A stretch of 64,000 nt of DNA from an uncultured Spirochaetaceae bacterium (lineage in GTDB: Bacteria; Spirochaetota; Spirochaetia; DSM-27196; SLST01), in assembly GCA_964458555.1 (NCBI GenBank), contig CAYWJH010000002.1, positions 25,021 through 89,020 on the forward strand. The letters run 5' to 3'. Position numbers and translations under genes: made by a program. Under the pieces are notes generated by a model. It made no database searches, was not told the DNA's origin, and saw only the letters and a list, made by a program, of their open reading frames with translations. This document shows, in pieces, positions 51,407 to 60,992 of the stretch; position 1 is the stretch's first letter; the number at the start of each line of letters is the position of its first letter.

Positions 51407-52548
51407 CGCGCGCGCGCCTCGTACTCGGTACCCTGCTCGCCCTGGCCGCCGTACCCGGCGCAGCGCAGGAGTCGTTCCTGCCCACCCCGCCGGGCCAGAT
51501 CGAGACGATTCTCCAGCTCCTCGACGCCGTCGAGGCGGCTGAGGCAATCGTGCTCGCCGGCGACGAGCTCTCCGACGCCGAGCTCGAGGAGCTGGAGGAG
51601 CTACCCCGCGTCGCGGACGTCATCGGGGCCGAGGACCTCGCCGCCCGCGCCCGGAGTCTACTCGTCCTCGCCCGCCCGGCCGCCGAACAGGCACCGCGAC
51701 AACCACCAGTGGACGTACCGCTGGAACCGGCGCGCGAAGACCGGCTTCGCCGCGACGGCGAGCGATTCCGCACGATGACGAACATCCTCGGCGCGACCGG
51801 CGGTACCGCGCTCGTACTGTCGGTCGGGTTCTACGCGCTCGCCGAACGCGACTATCGGCGATGGCGGGCAGCACCCGACGAGACGACCGGAACGGCGCTC
51901 TACCGATCGTGGCGCGCGTACGAGGTTCTGAGCCTCAGTCTGGGCGGCGGCGCGCTGCTGACCGCCGGAGTAGGCGTGCCGCTGCTCTTCGGGGCGGCCG
52001 ACGCACCCGCGGCGTACACCGTCCCCCCGGCGCGCGAAGCGTACACGGAAGAGGAGCGCGCGGCTCGGCTGAACGGACTCTACGGCGAACGCGCGCGCAT
52101 AGTTACCGCGCTCAACCGGTACGACGAGCGCGGACCGCACCGCGAGCTCGCCGGCACGATCGGGCTCGCTACCGGCGTGATCGGGTCTATCGCGTCGGTC
52201 ACGCTCTACTACATCTCCGACGAGCGCTACCAGCAGTACCTCGACGCTCCCTTCAGCGACGAAGCCGAGCGGCTCGGCCGGCAGGTCAGATTCTTCGACA
52301 TCCTCGCGGCGAGCAGCGCCGGCCTCGCAGGCGCCGGCTTCGCAACGAGCGCCGGAATCTCCGTGCTAACCGAGGACAAGCAGGAGCTCGAGAGCGCGCT
52401 TCGCCGGGTCAATCGGCAGATCATCACCGTTCGCACCGCACCGGCGATCGAGGTCCCGCCGCGCGCAGGCGTGCAGCGGCGGCTCGAACCGGGCGAGACG
52501 GACGGGCCAGTCTCGCCGGATCGGAGCGCGGAGGACGGCGACGGATGA
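51403..52548 (+). CDS. signal-peptide plus multi-TM hypothetical protein
   Basis: ATGA overlap; MTRARLVLGTLLALAAVPGAAQ; hydrophobic segments GGTALVLSVGFYAL, LSLGGGALLTAGVGVPLLF, IGLATGVIGSIASVTLYY, ILAASSAGLAGAGFATSAGI. Confidence 0.65.
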   Translation: MTRARLVLGTLLALAAVPGAAQESFLPTPPGQIETILQLLDAVEAAEAIVLAGDELSDAELEELEELPRVADVIGAEDLAARARSLLVLARPAAEQAPRQPPVDVPLEPAREDRLRRDGERFRTMTNILGATGGTALVLSVGFYALAERDYRRWRAAPDETTGTALYRSWRAYEVLSLSLGGGALLTAGVGVPLLFGAADAPAAYTVPPAREAYTEEERAARLNGLYGERARIVTALNRYDERGPHRELAGTIGLATGVIGSIASVTLYYISDERYQQYLDAPFSDEAERLGRQVRFFDILAASSAGLAGAGFATSAGISVLTEDKQELESALRRVNRQIITVRTAPAIEVPPRAGVQRRLEPGETDGPVSPDRSAEDGDG

Positions 52549-53330
52549 AACGCGCACGTTCTACCGCGGTCGTGGCCTCGGCCGGCCTGCTTGTCTTCTC
52601 CGCCGCGCTCGCCCTCGCCGGCTGCCACGATCTGGTCAACCCGGTCGACCCGAACTCGCCGAGGTACACGGGACGGCCGACGCTCGCGGACCCGTCGGGC
52701 GAGCAGCCCGATCCGATCCTCCCGCCCATCGAGCGCTGGGAGACGATCGCGCAGCACGCCCCGGAACAGTTCCTGGGTCTCGAGATCCCGGAGGACGGAA
52801 GCCTCATCGACCCGCGGCAGCCCGACGATCCCAAGGAGTTCTTCGTGGTGATCACGTTCGAAGAGCCGGTGTACCAAGAGGACTTCGAGGGTGCGCTCGT
52901 CTTCGTGCGCGTCAACGACGGGTCTGCAGTCACGACCGGGATCGTCAGTCCGGAGGTAAACCCGATCTACCGGCAGGCGGTCATCCGCACCACGCCGCCG
53001 GAACCGCCGTTCTTCAACGCTGCCGGAGACGGCGCGGGGGGCGCCACCGTTCGGATCAGAGTGGTCGACGCGACCGGCGTGGTGGTGGGCGAGCGACTCT
53101 TCGGGTTGTTGCCGGGGGACTTCAGTGGCGATGGATTCGTCGACCTCGCGAACGACTGGACCAGCGGAGCGGCGCTCTTCGACGGTGCGCTGGCCGACGA
53201 GAACCTCCCGGAGACCGTGCGCGCGGACATGGACGCGAGCGGTTCGGTAGCCGCGGGGAGCTTCGACGAGGACATCCCCAGCACACGAAACATCGGCACG
53301 GCGCTCCCGCCTCCACCCCCGCCGTTCTGA
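52545..53330 (+). CDS. lipoprotein with dockerin/EF-hand-like Asp loops
   Basis: ATGA overlap; MKRARSTAVVASAGLLVFSAALALAGC (lipobox); GDFSGDGFVDLAND, DMDASGS. Confidence 0.7.
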   Translation: MKRARSTAVVASAGLLVFSAALALAGCHDLVNPVDPNSPRYTGRPTLADPSGEQPDPILPPIERWETIAQHAPEQFLGLEIPEDGSLIDPRQPDDPKEFFVVITFEEPVYQEDFEGALVFVRVNDGSAVTTGIVSPEVNPIYRQAVIRTTPPEPPFFNAAGDGAGGATVRIRVVDATGVVVGERLFGLLPGDFSGDGFVDLANDWTSGAALFDGALADENLPETVRADMDASGSVAAGSFDEDIPSTRNIGTALPPPPPPF

Positions 53331-53408
53331 GCAGGAAGCCTGTGCACGCACATCACGACACAGGAGCCGCTTCGACCGCGCCCCGCCGCCCCGGCTCCGT
53401 AGCGTAGC

Positions 53409-55070
53409 TCACTTACTCGTCATGATGTTCACGCCGTTCCAGTTCTCCGGGGGCGGGGCGGCGAGGTAGCGTGTGCACCGTTGTATGTACTCTTTCGCGA
53501 GTACGTCGCCGGGGAGGTAATCGAGCGTCTTCTTGAAGTAGCTTCTCGCGCGGTCGAAGCGACGGCCGTAGAAGAGACGGATGCCGTCGTGGTAGATCTT
53601 CCACGCCTGCTTCTCGTTCTCGCTCTGACGCAGCGCCGCGGTGTAGATGCTCTCGCCGGAGGTCTTGCCCTTGACCTGGACGAAGTCGACGAAGCGCGTG
53701 GGGATCTGATCCTTGACCTTGCGGAAGATGCTCTTGCTGACGATCAGGTCCTGGCCGTAGCTCTTCGTAAGCCCCTCGAGGCGGGAGCCGTAGTTCACCA
53801 TGTCGCCGATGATCGTGTAGTCCATCTTCTTCTCGGAGCCGATGTTCCCGACGGTGACCACGCCGTAGTTGATGCCAATGCCGGTCTTGAAGATCGGTTT
53901 GCCCTCGGCGATATGCTCGCCGTTGATCTCGCCGATTGCGTCCTGCATCTCGAGCGCGGAGACGACCGCCTTCAGCGCGTCGTCGTCGTGCTTCACCGGC
54001 GCGCCGTAGAACGCCATGATGGCGTCGCCAATATACTTGTCCACGATGCCGCCATGATCCATGACGATATCGACAAGGCGCTCAAAGTATCTATTCAGGC
54101 TCGCGACGAGGTCGTCGGGCATAAAGCCTTCGGAGATCGTCGTGAAGTTACGGATGTCGCTGAAGAGGATCGCGAGCACGTCGTTCTTGCCGCTCAGCGC
54201 CGATTCGGGATTCTGGAAGATGCCGTCGATTACGTCCTTGGGCACGTACTTCTGGAAGATGTTCCGGATCTTCCGCTCGTTGCGCTGCGCCACGACGGCG
54301 CTCAGCGCAAAGCCGCGGATCTGCCGGTCCGCGCTTTCGAGCTTCACGAGCATCTTGTTGAACGTCCTCGCCATCGCGCCGATCTCGTCGCGGTACTCGA
54401 CGGCTACCCGCTGTGAAAGATCGTTCGTCTGCGTGATGGTAAGCATCGTACGGACCATCCGCGACAGGGGCCGGGTGAGAATACCCGCGAAAAGGAGGAG
54501 GAGGATGACCGCGACGACGAGCGCCCCGCCAAGGATATAGTAGGTTCGGAGGTTGATCTCTTCGACCTCCGCGTAGAAGCTCTCCTCGGTGTCCGTGACG
54601 AAGACGAGCCAGCCGAACGGCTCGAAGACGAACGCCTGACCGACCCGTGCGCGGCCGCCCACGGTGATGCGCTGCCATCCCTCGCGCGCGCGATTCGCCC
54701 GATTCGAAAGCGCCTCGATCTCCTCCGGGTCGTCGAGCTCGACAGCACTCGTACTCATCTCCACGCGTCCATCTGTGCCGACGGCGAAGATGAGCTCGCT
54801 TGCGGTGCGTACGAGCGTCTGCGCGTACGATTCCACCGCCCGGCGCGTGACGGCGAGGTAGTCCGGGTTTCCCGCGAGATCGTTGCGGACGAGGAGATCC
54901 CACTGGTTCTGAGCGTACTTCTGAAGCTCCTGCGCCTTGAACCCGAGCGCCTCGATCGCCACCCGGGTGATACCCGAGCGTGCCGAATACGCCGACGTAA
55001 TCCCCACGAGCAGGATCGTCACGATGAGCAGAGGCAGCACGACCAGGATGATCTTCAGGCGAATACTCAT
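53409..55070 (-). CDS. membrane class III adenylate/guanylate cyclase (periplasmic sensor, HAMP, cyclase domain)
   Basis: TM1 IILVVLPLLIVTILLVGI, TM2 YYILGGALVVAVILLLLFAGI, HAMP-like RPLSRMVRTM...DEIGAMARTFNKM, cyclase VLAILFSDIRNFTTISE...DKYIGDAIMAFYGAP. Confidence 0.9.
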   Translation of the reverse strand: MSIRLKIILVVLPLLIVTILLVGITSAYSARSGITRVAIEALGFKAQELQKYAQNQWDLLVRNDLAGNPDYLAVTRRAVESYAQTLVRTASELIFAVGTDGRVEMSTSAVELDDPEEIEALSNRANRAREGWQRITVGGRARVGQAFVFEPFGWLVFVTDTEESFYAEVEEINLRTYYILGGALVVAVILLLLFAGILTRPLSRMVRTMLTITQTNDLSQRVAVEYRDEIGAMARTFNKMLVKLESADRQIRGFALSAVVAQRNERKIRNIFQKYVPKDVIDGIFQNPESALSGKNDVLAILFSDIRNFTTISEGFMPDDLVASLNRYFERLVDIVMDHGGIVDKYIGDAIMAFYGAPVKHDDDALKAVVSALEMQDAIGEINGEHIAEGKPIFKTGIGINYGVVTVGNIGSEKKMDYTIIGDMVNYGSRLEGLTKSYGQDLIVSKSIFRKVKDQIPTRFVDFVQVKGKTSGESIYTAALRQSENEKQAWKIYHDGIRLFYGRRFDRARSYFKKTLDYLPGDVLAKEYIQRCTRYLAAPPPENWNGVNIMTSK

Positions 55071-55148
55071 TCTCTTTCCTCATCGGCCCGGCTCGGGCCA
55101 CCCTTTATCGCTATTGCGTGCCGTCGCCCGAACCGATATACGTAGCGT

Positions 55149-57932
55149 ATGGGCGACTCGCGAAACCTCCCGCCGGCCGAGGACGTCTCAGTCGTGACCG
55201 ACGACCTCGCGATCAACGAGGACGAACGTGAAGACATCGAGCGTGAAATCGACACGCTCGTGAACCAGAGCGGTCGTGAATCCTCGCTGCCGCCCGAGTT
55301 TCTGCGCCCTCGACGCAGCGGGTTCGGCCTGCCGGTACTCATCTGGATCCTCGCCGGGGCCGCGTTCGCCGCCGGGTTCTCCTTCATCTCCACCTACTTC
55401 GAGGTCCGCGAAGAGTCGATCGCGCTGGAGAGCAGCGATTACTTTACCACCGAGGCGCAGCTCATAGAAGAGATTCTTCGCGAGAGCGAGCAGCGTCTCG
55501 CCGCGAAGGACGACGAGATCAACGAGATTCAGGATCGGCTCGCCAGACTCGACTTGGAGAAGGCGAACCTGGAGGAAAACCTGGAGACCGAGGTCGCCGA
55601 GCGTGAGGCCGAGCTGCGGGCCGAGCTCGAGGCCGAGCTCGAGGCCGAGCGCGAGCGCCTCGCGCAGGCAGGTCGGAGCGAAGAGGAAATCGAGGCGCGA
55701 CTCGCAGAGATCGAGGCCGAGCGCGAAGCGCAGGTGGCCGCGCAGATCGATGCCTTCCGCGCGCAGGCGCAGGAGGAGGTCGAAGAGCTCCAGGCACAGC
55801 TCGACGCGCAGGAGGCGCAGCTGCAGCAGACGCTCGAGGCGAGCCGCGAAGAGCGCGAACGGCTCGCCGAGGAGGCCGCGCAGCGCGAGGCGGAGCTGCA
55901 AGCGCAGTTCACCGAAGAGATCGAGGAGCTCGAGGAGGCCGAACAGGCGGCGCTCAGCCGAATCGAGGAGCTGCAGCAGCTGCGCGAAGACGAGCAACTG
56001 CTCACCGACCGCGTCCTTGGCAGCTTCGCGGTGATCGTCCAGGACATTGAGGAGGGGCTCACCGACGACGCGCTCGAAGGATTGGCATCGCTCGAGCGCC
56101 TGCTGCTCGGCGAAGGCGTCGGGTCCGGCGATCGTCGGCAGCGCCGCGCGACCGAGCTCGCGCTCGTGTCGACCCTGCGAGGTCTCGTGCGCGAGGTCGA
56201 TGTGCTTCGGCAGAACATCGCCGTACGCGACCTGACGACGAGCGAGGAGGAGACCACCCAGATCGAGCAGGAGCGCGCCGCGAAGCTCATTCAGACGGCG
56301 GCGGAAACGGTGGAGCTCGCGGAGAGCGCGCGAGAGGAGGGCCGATTCAACGAGGCCCGTTCCCTCTATCAGCAGGCGCTCGCGACGATTCCCTCGCTCG
56401 AGAAGGTCTACCCGGGGATCCTCGACCTCGAGTCGACCCGCCGCGAGGTCGCGCTGGAGAGCGCGATCGGCGAGGCGCGATCGCTGCTCGACGCCGGAAG
56501 CAATCAGCAGGCGGTCAATCGGTACCTCGAAGCGGTTCGCACGATCGCCGCAGGCGAAGACGACGCCCTCCTCGACGTCGCCTCCGGCGTCGACGCCGCG
56601 CTCGCCGAGACGCGCGAGGATCTCCTTTCGGCGCAGGACGAGCTGCGCGATTCGTTGCAGGATGAGATCAGCGCCCGAGACGAGGAGATCGCGCGGCTCT
56701 CCCGCGAGCTCGGCGCGGCGCGCACGACTGTCGCGACCACCGAGGCGACCGTGGACAGGCTGCGGGATGAGCTCGTCGCGACGCAGGACCAGCTCGCCGG
56801 CCAGCGCCGCCTCGCCACCCAACGCGCTTCCGAGCTCGCCTCGCTTCGACGCGAGCTCGACGACGCCGAAGACGAGCTCGCCTCGATGGAGACCGACCTC
56901 GCCGCGGCGCGCAGCCGCTCGACGAGCCTTCAGCAAAGCCTCGAATCCGCGCAGCAACGTTCCGACGAGCTCGAGGCCCGGGTCGGTCGCCTCGAGCGGC
57001 AACTCGCGCAGACGAGCGCCACCGGGGCGGGCCGCGACGACCGGGTGGCGGAGCTCGAGGCGAATCTAGAGGCGACACGAGCGGAGCTCTCCTCGAACCG
57101 CTCGACGGCCGAGGAGCTGCGGGCCGACCTGGAGGAGGCGAACGCGCAGATTGCAGGGCTCGAAGAGCGCGTGGAAACGCTGCAGGAGAACCGATCGGCG
57201 ACGAGCGTCGAGGAGGAGCAGCTCCAGCAGGAAGTCGAGGCGCTGCGCGGCCGCGTCGCCGAGCTCGAATCGCTCGAATCGGACATCGAGTCGCTGAGCA
57301 CCGACTACGAGCGCGCGCTCGCCGTCGCGCAGCGTCGGGTGGAGTCGGGTGCGTACGCGCTCGCGCGCGCGGCGCTCGTCGAGCCGTTCGCGAGCGACGA
57401 GGCACGCAGCTATTTCCCAGGGTTTCCCGCGACGCTCGCGACCGCGCACGAGGGCGTGGTCGCGGAGGCCGAGGAGGAGGCGCGCGCCACCATACGGGGC
57501 GAGACGATCGACAACGTCATGGCGCTCGCGACCGAGGTCCAGCAGAACATCGAGGCGCCGCGCGACAGTATCAGCGTTCAGAGTTATGTCCGCCGCGAGC
57601 CGGAGCTGCGGGAGGTTGCCGACGAGCTGTTCGAGATCGTCGAGCTCTCGGCCCGCGCGATCTCCGCGCCGGAGGTCGAGTACAAGCTCCTTGGTAGCGT
57701 CTCACGCGTGACCGGGAACCTCGTGGTCGTGGAGCGGCTCGTGACGATCGACGCCGAGGTGGGCGACGCGATCGAGATCCGCCGGGCCCCAAGCCTGGGG
57801 CAGGAAGTACCCATCGGCACGGCGACAATCCTCGAGGTCACCGACCGCCGGGTCGTCGCGAGCATCGACGAAACCTACGAGGTCGACACGCAGCCGGCCG
57901 CGCGCGACCTCGTCTACCTCGCGCAGGAGTGA
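55149..57932 (+). CDS. 927-aa membrane-anchored coiled-coil protein
   Basis: Acidic N-terminus, TM FGLPVLIWILAGAAFAAGFSFI, about 650 aa of E/A/R/L-rich heptad-like sequence (AELRAELEAELEAERERLAQ), small beta-rich C-terminal domain. Confidence 0.8.
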   Translation: MGDSRNLPPAEDVSVVTDDLAINEDEREDIEREIDTLVNQSGRESSLPPEFLRPRRSGFGLPVLIWILAGAAFAAGFSFISTYFEVREESIALESSDYFTTEAQLIEEILRESEQRLAAKDDEINEIQDRLARLDLEKANLEENLETEVAEREAELRAELEAELEAERERLAQAGRSEEEIEARLAEIEAEREAQVAAQIDAFRAQAQEEVEELQAQLDAQEAQLQQTLEASREERERLAEEAAQREAELQAQFTEEIEELEEAEQAALSRIEELQQLREDEQLLTDRVLGSFAVIVQDIEEGLTDDALEGLASLERLLLGEGVGSGDRRQRRATELALVSTLRGLVREVDVLRQNIAVRDLTTSEEETTQIEQERAAKLIQTAAETVELAESAREEGRFNEARSLYQQALATIPSLEKVYPGILDLESTRREVALESAIGEARSLLDAGSNQQAVNRYLEAVRTIAAGEDDALLDVASGVDAALAETREDLLSAQDELRDSLQDEISARDEEIARLSRELGAARTTVATTEATVDRLRDELVATQDQLAGQRRLATQRASELASLRRELDDAEDELASMETDLAAARSRSTSLQQSLESAQQRSDELEARVGRLERQLAQTSATGAGRDDRVAELEANLEATRAELSSNRSTAEELRADLEEANAQIAGLEERVETLQENRSATSVEEEQLQQEVEALRGRVAELESLESDIESLSTDYERALAVAQRRVESGAYALARAALVEPFASDEARSYFPGFPATLATAHEGVVAEAEEEARATIRGETIDNVMALATEVQQNIEAPRDSISVQSYVRREPELREVADELFEIVELSARAISAPEVEYKLLGSVSRVTGNLVVVERLVTIDAEVGDAIEIRRAPSLGQEVPIGTATILEVTDRRVVASIDETYEVDTQPAARDLVYLAQE

Positions 57933-57956
57933 GCATGAGCGGGAGCGAGGCGTACC

Positions 57957-59387
57957 TCAGGCGTCCTTGTAGGCGGCGACGAGGTCCTCCATCGCGGCCT
58001 TGCCGTCGCCGAAGTACATAAGCGTGTTGTCGCCGGCGAAGAGCGGGTTCGCGATCCCGGCGAAGCCGGGGCTGAGGCTGCGCTTGATGACGACGACGGT
58101 ACGCGCCTTGTCCACGTCGAGGATGGGCATGCCGCTGATGGGGCTCCCCTGCGGCTCGCGCGCGATCGGGTTCACGACGTCATTCGCGCCGAGCACGATC
58201 GCCACATCGGTATTCGGGAAGGTCGGGTTGATCTGGTCCATCTCGCGCAGCTTGTCGTAGCTGATGTTCTCCTCGGCGAGGAGAACGTTCATATGCCCCG
58301 GCATACGGCCGGCAACGGGATGGATGCCGAACTCGACGGTGATGCCGTCCTTCTCGAGCTGCTCGGTAAGCTGACGCACCGCCGTCTGCGCCCGCGCGAC
58401 CGCCATTCCGTAGCCGGGCACGAGGACGACGCGCTGCGCGGTCTTGAGGATCATCGCGACCTCTTCGGCGCTCGTGCTCTTCACCTTGCCGGCGTAGATG
58501 TCGCCTTCCTGGCTCGACTCGACGACCGCGCCCACGCCGCCGAAGAGGACGTTGGCGAGCGATCGGTTCATCGCCCTGCACATGATCTGCGTGAGGATGA
58601 TTCCGGAGGCGCCCACGAACGAGCCGGCGATGATGAGAATGTTGTTGGTAAGCACGAAGCCGGTCGCCGCGGCGGCTATACCCGAGTACGAGTTCAACAG
58701 CGCGACGACGATGGGCATGTCCGCACCGCCGATGGGGATGACGAGGAAGATGCCGAGCACGCTCGCGATCGCCACGAGCATCCAGTAGAGGCCGATGCGC
58801 GAGGGGTCGAGCACGATGAGCACGCCCACGACGATCGCCACGGTGAGGAGCAGGACCTTCACGATCTGCTCGCCGGGGTAGCGCACCGGCTTTTCGGTGA
58901 CGATGCCCTGCAGCTTACCGAAGGCAATGAGCGAGCCGAAGAAGGTAACCGCACCCACGAGCCCAGAGGCCACCGTCGCGATCGTGACCTGGAGCTGCCC
59001 GCCGGCCCCGGCGTTGGCCGCAGCGGCCGCGCCCCCGGCGGCCGCGAAGAGCTGCGCGAGCACCGCGCCGGCGACGAGGATGGAGGCGCCGCCGCCGAAC
59101 CCGTTGAACAGGCCCACGAGCTGCGGCATCGCGGTCATCTTGATCGTGAGCGCGAACACCGCCCCGATCGTAGAGCCGACCGCGATGCCGGCGACGATCC
59201 AGACCCAGGTGAGGACCTGCTGGTCCACGAGCGTCACCACGATCGCGATGAACATGCCCAGCGCGCCGAGCAGGTTCCCGCGAACCGCGCTGCGCGGGTG
59301 CGAGAGGCCCTTGAGCCCGACGATGAAGAGAACCGCCGCCAGCAGATATGCGGCGTCGACCCAGACATCGGCTGACAGCGCACTCAC
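57957..59387 (-). CDS. pntB: NAD(P) transhydrogenase subunit beta
   Basis: 476 aa: polytopic N-terminus; C-terminus VPGYGMAVARAQ...GIHPVAGRMPGHMNVLLAE...VLGANDVVNP. Confidence 0.95.
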   Translation of the reverse strand: MSALSADVWVDAAYLLAAVLFIVGLKGLSHPRSAVRGNLLGALGMFIAIVVTLVDQQVLTWVWIVAGIAVGSTIGAVFALTIKMTAMPQLVGLFNGFGGGASILVAGAVLAQLFAAAGGAAAAANAGAGGQLQVTIATVASGLVGAVTFFGSLIAFGKLQGIVTEKPVRYPGEQIVKVLLLTVAIVVGVLIVLDPSRIGLYWMLVAIASVLGIFLVIPIGGADMPIVVALLNSYSGIAAAATGFVLTNNILIIAGSFVGASGIILTQIMCRAMNRSLANVLFGGVGAVVESSQEGDIYAGKVKSTSAEEVAMILKTAQRVVLVPGYGMAVARAQTAVRQLTEQLEKDGITVEFGIHPVAGRMPGHMNVLLAEENISYDKLREMDQINPTFPNTDVAIVLGANDVVNPIAREPQGSPISGMPILDVDKARTVVVIKRSLSPGFAGIANPLFAGDNTLMYFGDGKAAMEDLVAAYKDA

Positions 59388-59668
59388 GAGGTGCCCCCTT
59401 TCTTAAACTTCTGGAGCATGCGATGCGTGACGAGGAAGCCACCCACGACGTTGATCGACGCGAAGACGAGCGCGACGCTCCCGAGCACGGTCGTCAGCGT
59501 GCTGTTCCCGCTCGCGACCGCGACGAGCGCCCCGATGATCGTGATCCCGCTGATCGCGTTCGAGCCGGACATCAGCGGCGTATGCAGGATGGGCGGGACC
59601 TTGGTGATAACCTCGAAGCCCACGAAGATCGCGAGCACGAAGATCGTGACGATGTTGAGGAAACTCAT
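59384..59668 (-). CDS. pntAB: NAD(P) transhydrogenase subunit alpha part 2
   Basis: 94 aa: FVGFEVITKVPPILHTPLMSGSNAISGI...NVVGGFLVTHRML. 4-nt overlaps on both sides. Confidence 0.9.
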   Translation of the reverse strand: MSFLNIVTIFVLAIFVGFEVITKVPPILHTPLMSGSNAISGITIIGALVAVASGNSTLTTVLGSVALVFASINVVGGFLVTHRMLQKFKKGGTS

Positions 59669-60798
59669 GATCGACCTCCCAGCCGTTCCCTGATATCCGG
59701 GTTCGGAATCTCGCCGCCGCGGGTCACGAGCGTCGCGGCGACGATCTCGTCGTTCGTGTCGATGAGCAGCTCACCGTCCTTGATCATCGCGAGCAGGAAC
59801 GTCGTGATGTTCTTCGAGTAGAGCTGGCTCGCGTTGGAGGCGAGCGCGGAGGGGATGTTCACCGGCCCGACGATGGTCACGCCGTGCTTCACGACCGTCT
59901 TCCCGGTCTCCGAGAGCTCGCAGTTCCCGCCGCGCTCGGTGGCGAGGTCGACGATGACCGAGCCCGGTTGCATCCGCTTCACCATCTCTTCGGTAACGAG
60001 GACGGGGCTCGGTTTGCCGGGGATCGCGGCGGTCGTGATCACGACGTCGCTTTCGGCGAGGACGTCGCCCATGAGCTCGCGCTGCTTGCGGTAGAACTCC
60101 TCGTCCATCTCGCGCGCGTAGCCGCCGGAGCCCTCCGCGGTCTCGAGCTCCATCTCGACGAATTTGGCACCAAGGCTCTCGACCTGCTCCTTGACCGCCG
60201 GACGCACGTCGTACGCGCTGACCACCGCACCGAGTCGGCGGGTGGTCGCGATCGCCTGCAGGCCCGCGACGCCCACGCCTACTACGAAGGCCTTCGCCGG
60301 CACGATCGTCCCGGCGGCGGTCATCATCATGGGGAACATCTTCGGTAACGCCTCGGCGGCGAGGATCGCCGAGCGGTAGCCGGCGAGGTTGGCCATGGAG
60401 GAGAGCGCGTCCATGCTCTGCGCGCGGGTGATACGTGGGATCAGCTCCATGCTGAAGGCGGTCGCCTTGCCCTCGAGCAGGCGCTCAAAGGCCGGGTGCG
60501 GCGCGTACGGCTCGAGGAAGCCGATGATCGTCTGGCCGTCGTGTCCCGGTCCGTGATCGCTATCGCCTGCGGCGGCAGCCGAACGCACCGTCAGGAGCAC
60601 GTCCGCCGTGGCTCGGGCGTCATCAACAGTTTCGGCACCACGTTCGGTGTACGCGCCGTCGGAATAGCCCGAGGGCTCTCCGGCTCCGGCTTCTACGACG
60701 ACGTCCAGCCCCGCCTTGGTGAGCGACGGTACGTGCGCGGGTACGAGCGCGACCCGTCGCTCCCCGGGGACGGCCTCCCTGGGAACCCCGATCTTCAT
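59665..60798 (-). CDS. pntAA: NAD(P) transhydrogenase subunit alpha part 1
   Basis: Start at M22 of ORF 59665..60861: MKIGVPREAVPGERRVALVP...VVGVGVAGLQAIATTRRLGAVV (Rossmann fold). Confidence 0.9.
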   Translation of the reverse strand: MKIGVPREAVPGERRVALVPAHVPSLTKAGLDVVVEAGAGEPSGYSDGAYTERGAETVDDARATADVLLTVRSAAAAGDSDHGPGHDGQTIIGFLEPYAPHPAFERLLEGKATAFSMELIPRITRAQSMDALSSMANLAGYRSAILAAEALPKMFPMMMTAAGTIVPAKAFVVGVGVAGLQAIATTRRLGAVVSAYDVRPAVKEQVESLGAKFVEMELETAEGSGGYAREMDEEFYRKQRELMGDVLAESDVVITTAAIPGKPSPVLVTEEMVKRMQPGSVIVDLATERGGNCELSETGKTVVKHGVTIVGPVNIPSALASNASQLYSKNITTFLLAMIKDGELLIDTNDEIVAATLVTRGGEIPNPDIRERLGGRS

Positions 60799-60955
60799 AC
60801 TGACCCCTTCCTGCTGTGGTGCGACTAACATACGGTTTGCTCCCCGACCCTTCAAGCACAAATCGGACCTTTTTTATCGAGAATGGCGGGCCGGAGGGGG
60901 CGGCGCACCGGAGGGAAGGCGGGCGCGGCCGGCTCCGCGACCGCCGCGACGGTGA

Positions 60956-60984
60956 TTGCCTCCGCGGCGACGGGGGTGTATCCT
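60956..60984 (+). promoter_or_regulatory. sigma-70-like promoter TTGCCT-N17-TATCCT, 8 nt upstream of ATG 60993
   Basis: ttgcct(60956-60961), 17-nt spacer, tatcct(60979-60984), ctgcgact, ATG. Confidence 0.3.
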
Positions 60985-60992
60985 CTGCGACT

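Noticed and set aside
55590-55760. Apparent tandem DNA repeats (gccgagctcgag units) inside the coiled-coil gene.
   Set aside because: They are explained by repeated A-E-L-E codons of the heptad-like protein sequence, not by an independent DNA-level repeat element.
60888-60923. G-tract cluster GGG-ccgga-GGGGG-cggcgcaccgga-GGG-aaggc-GGG (a potential G-quadruplex) in the pntA/MATE divergent region.
   Set aside because: Four G3 runs within 36 nt are expected by chance in DNA this GC-rich. One loop is 12 nt, and there is no supporting evidence for function.
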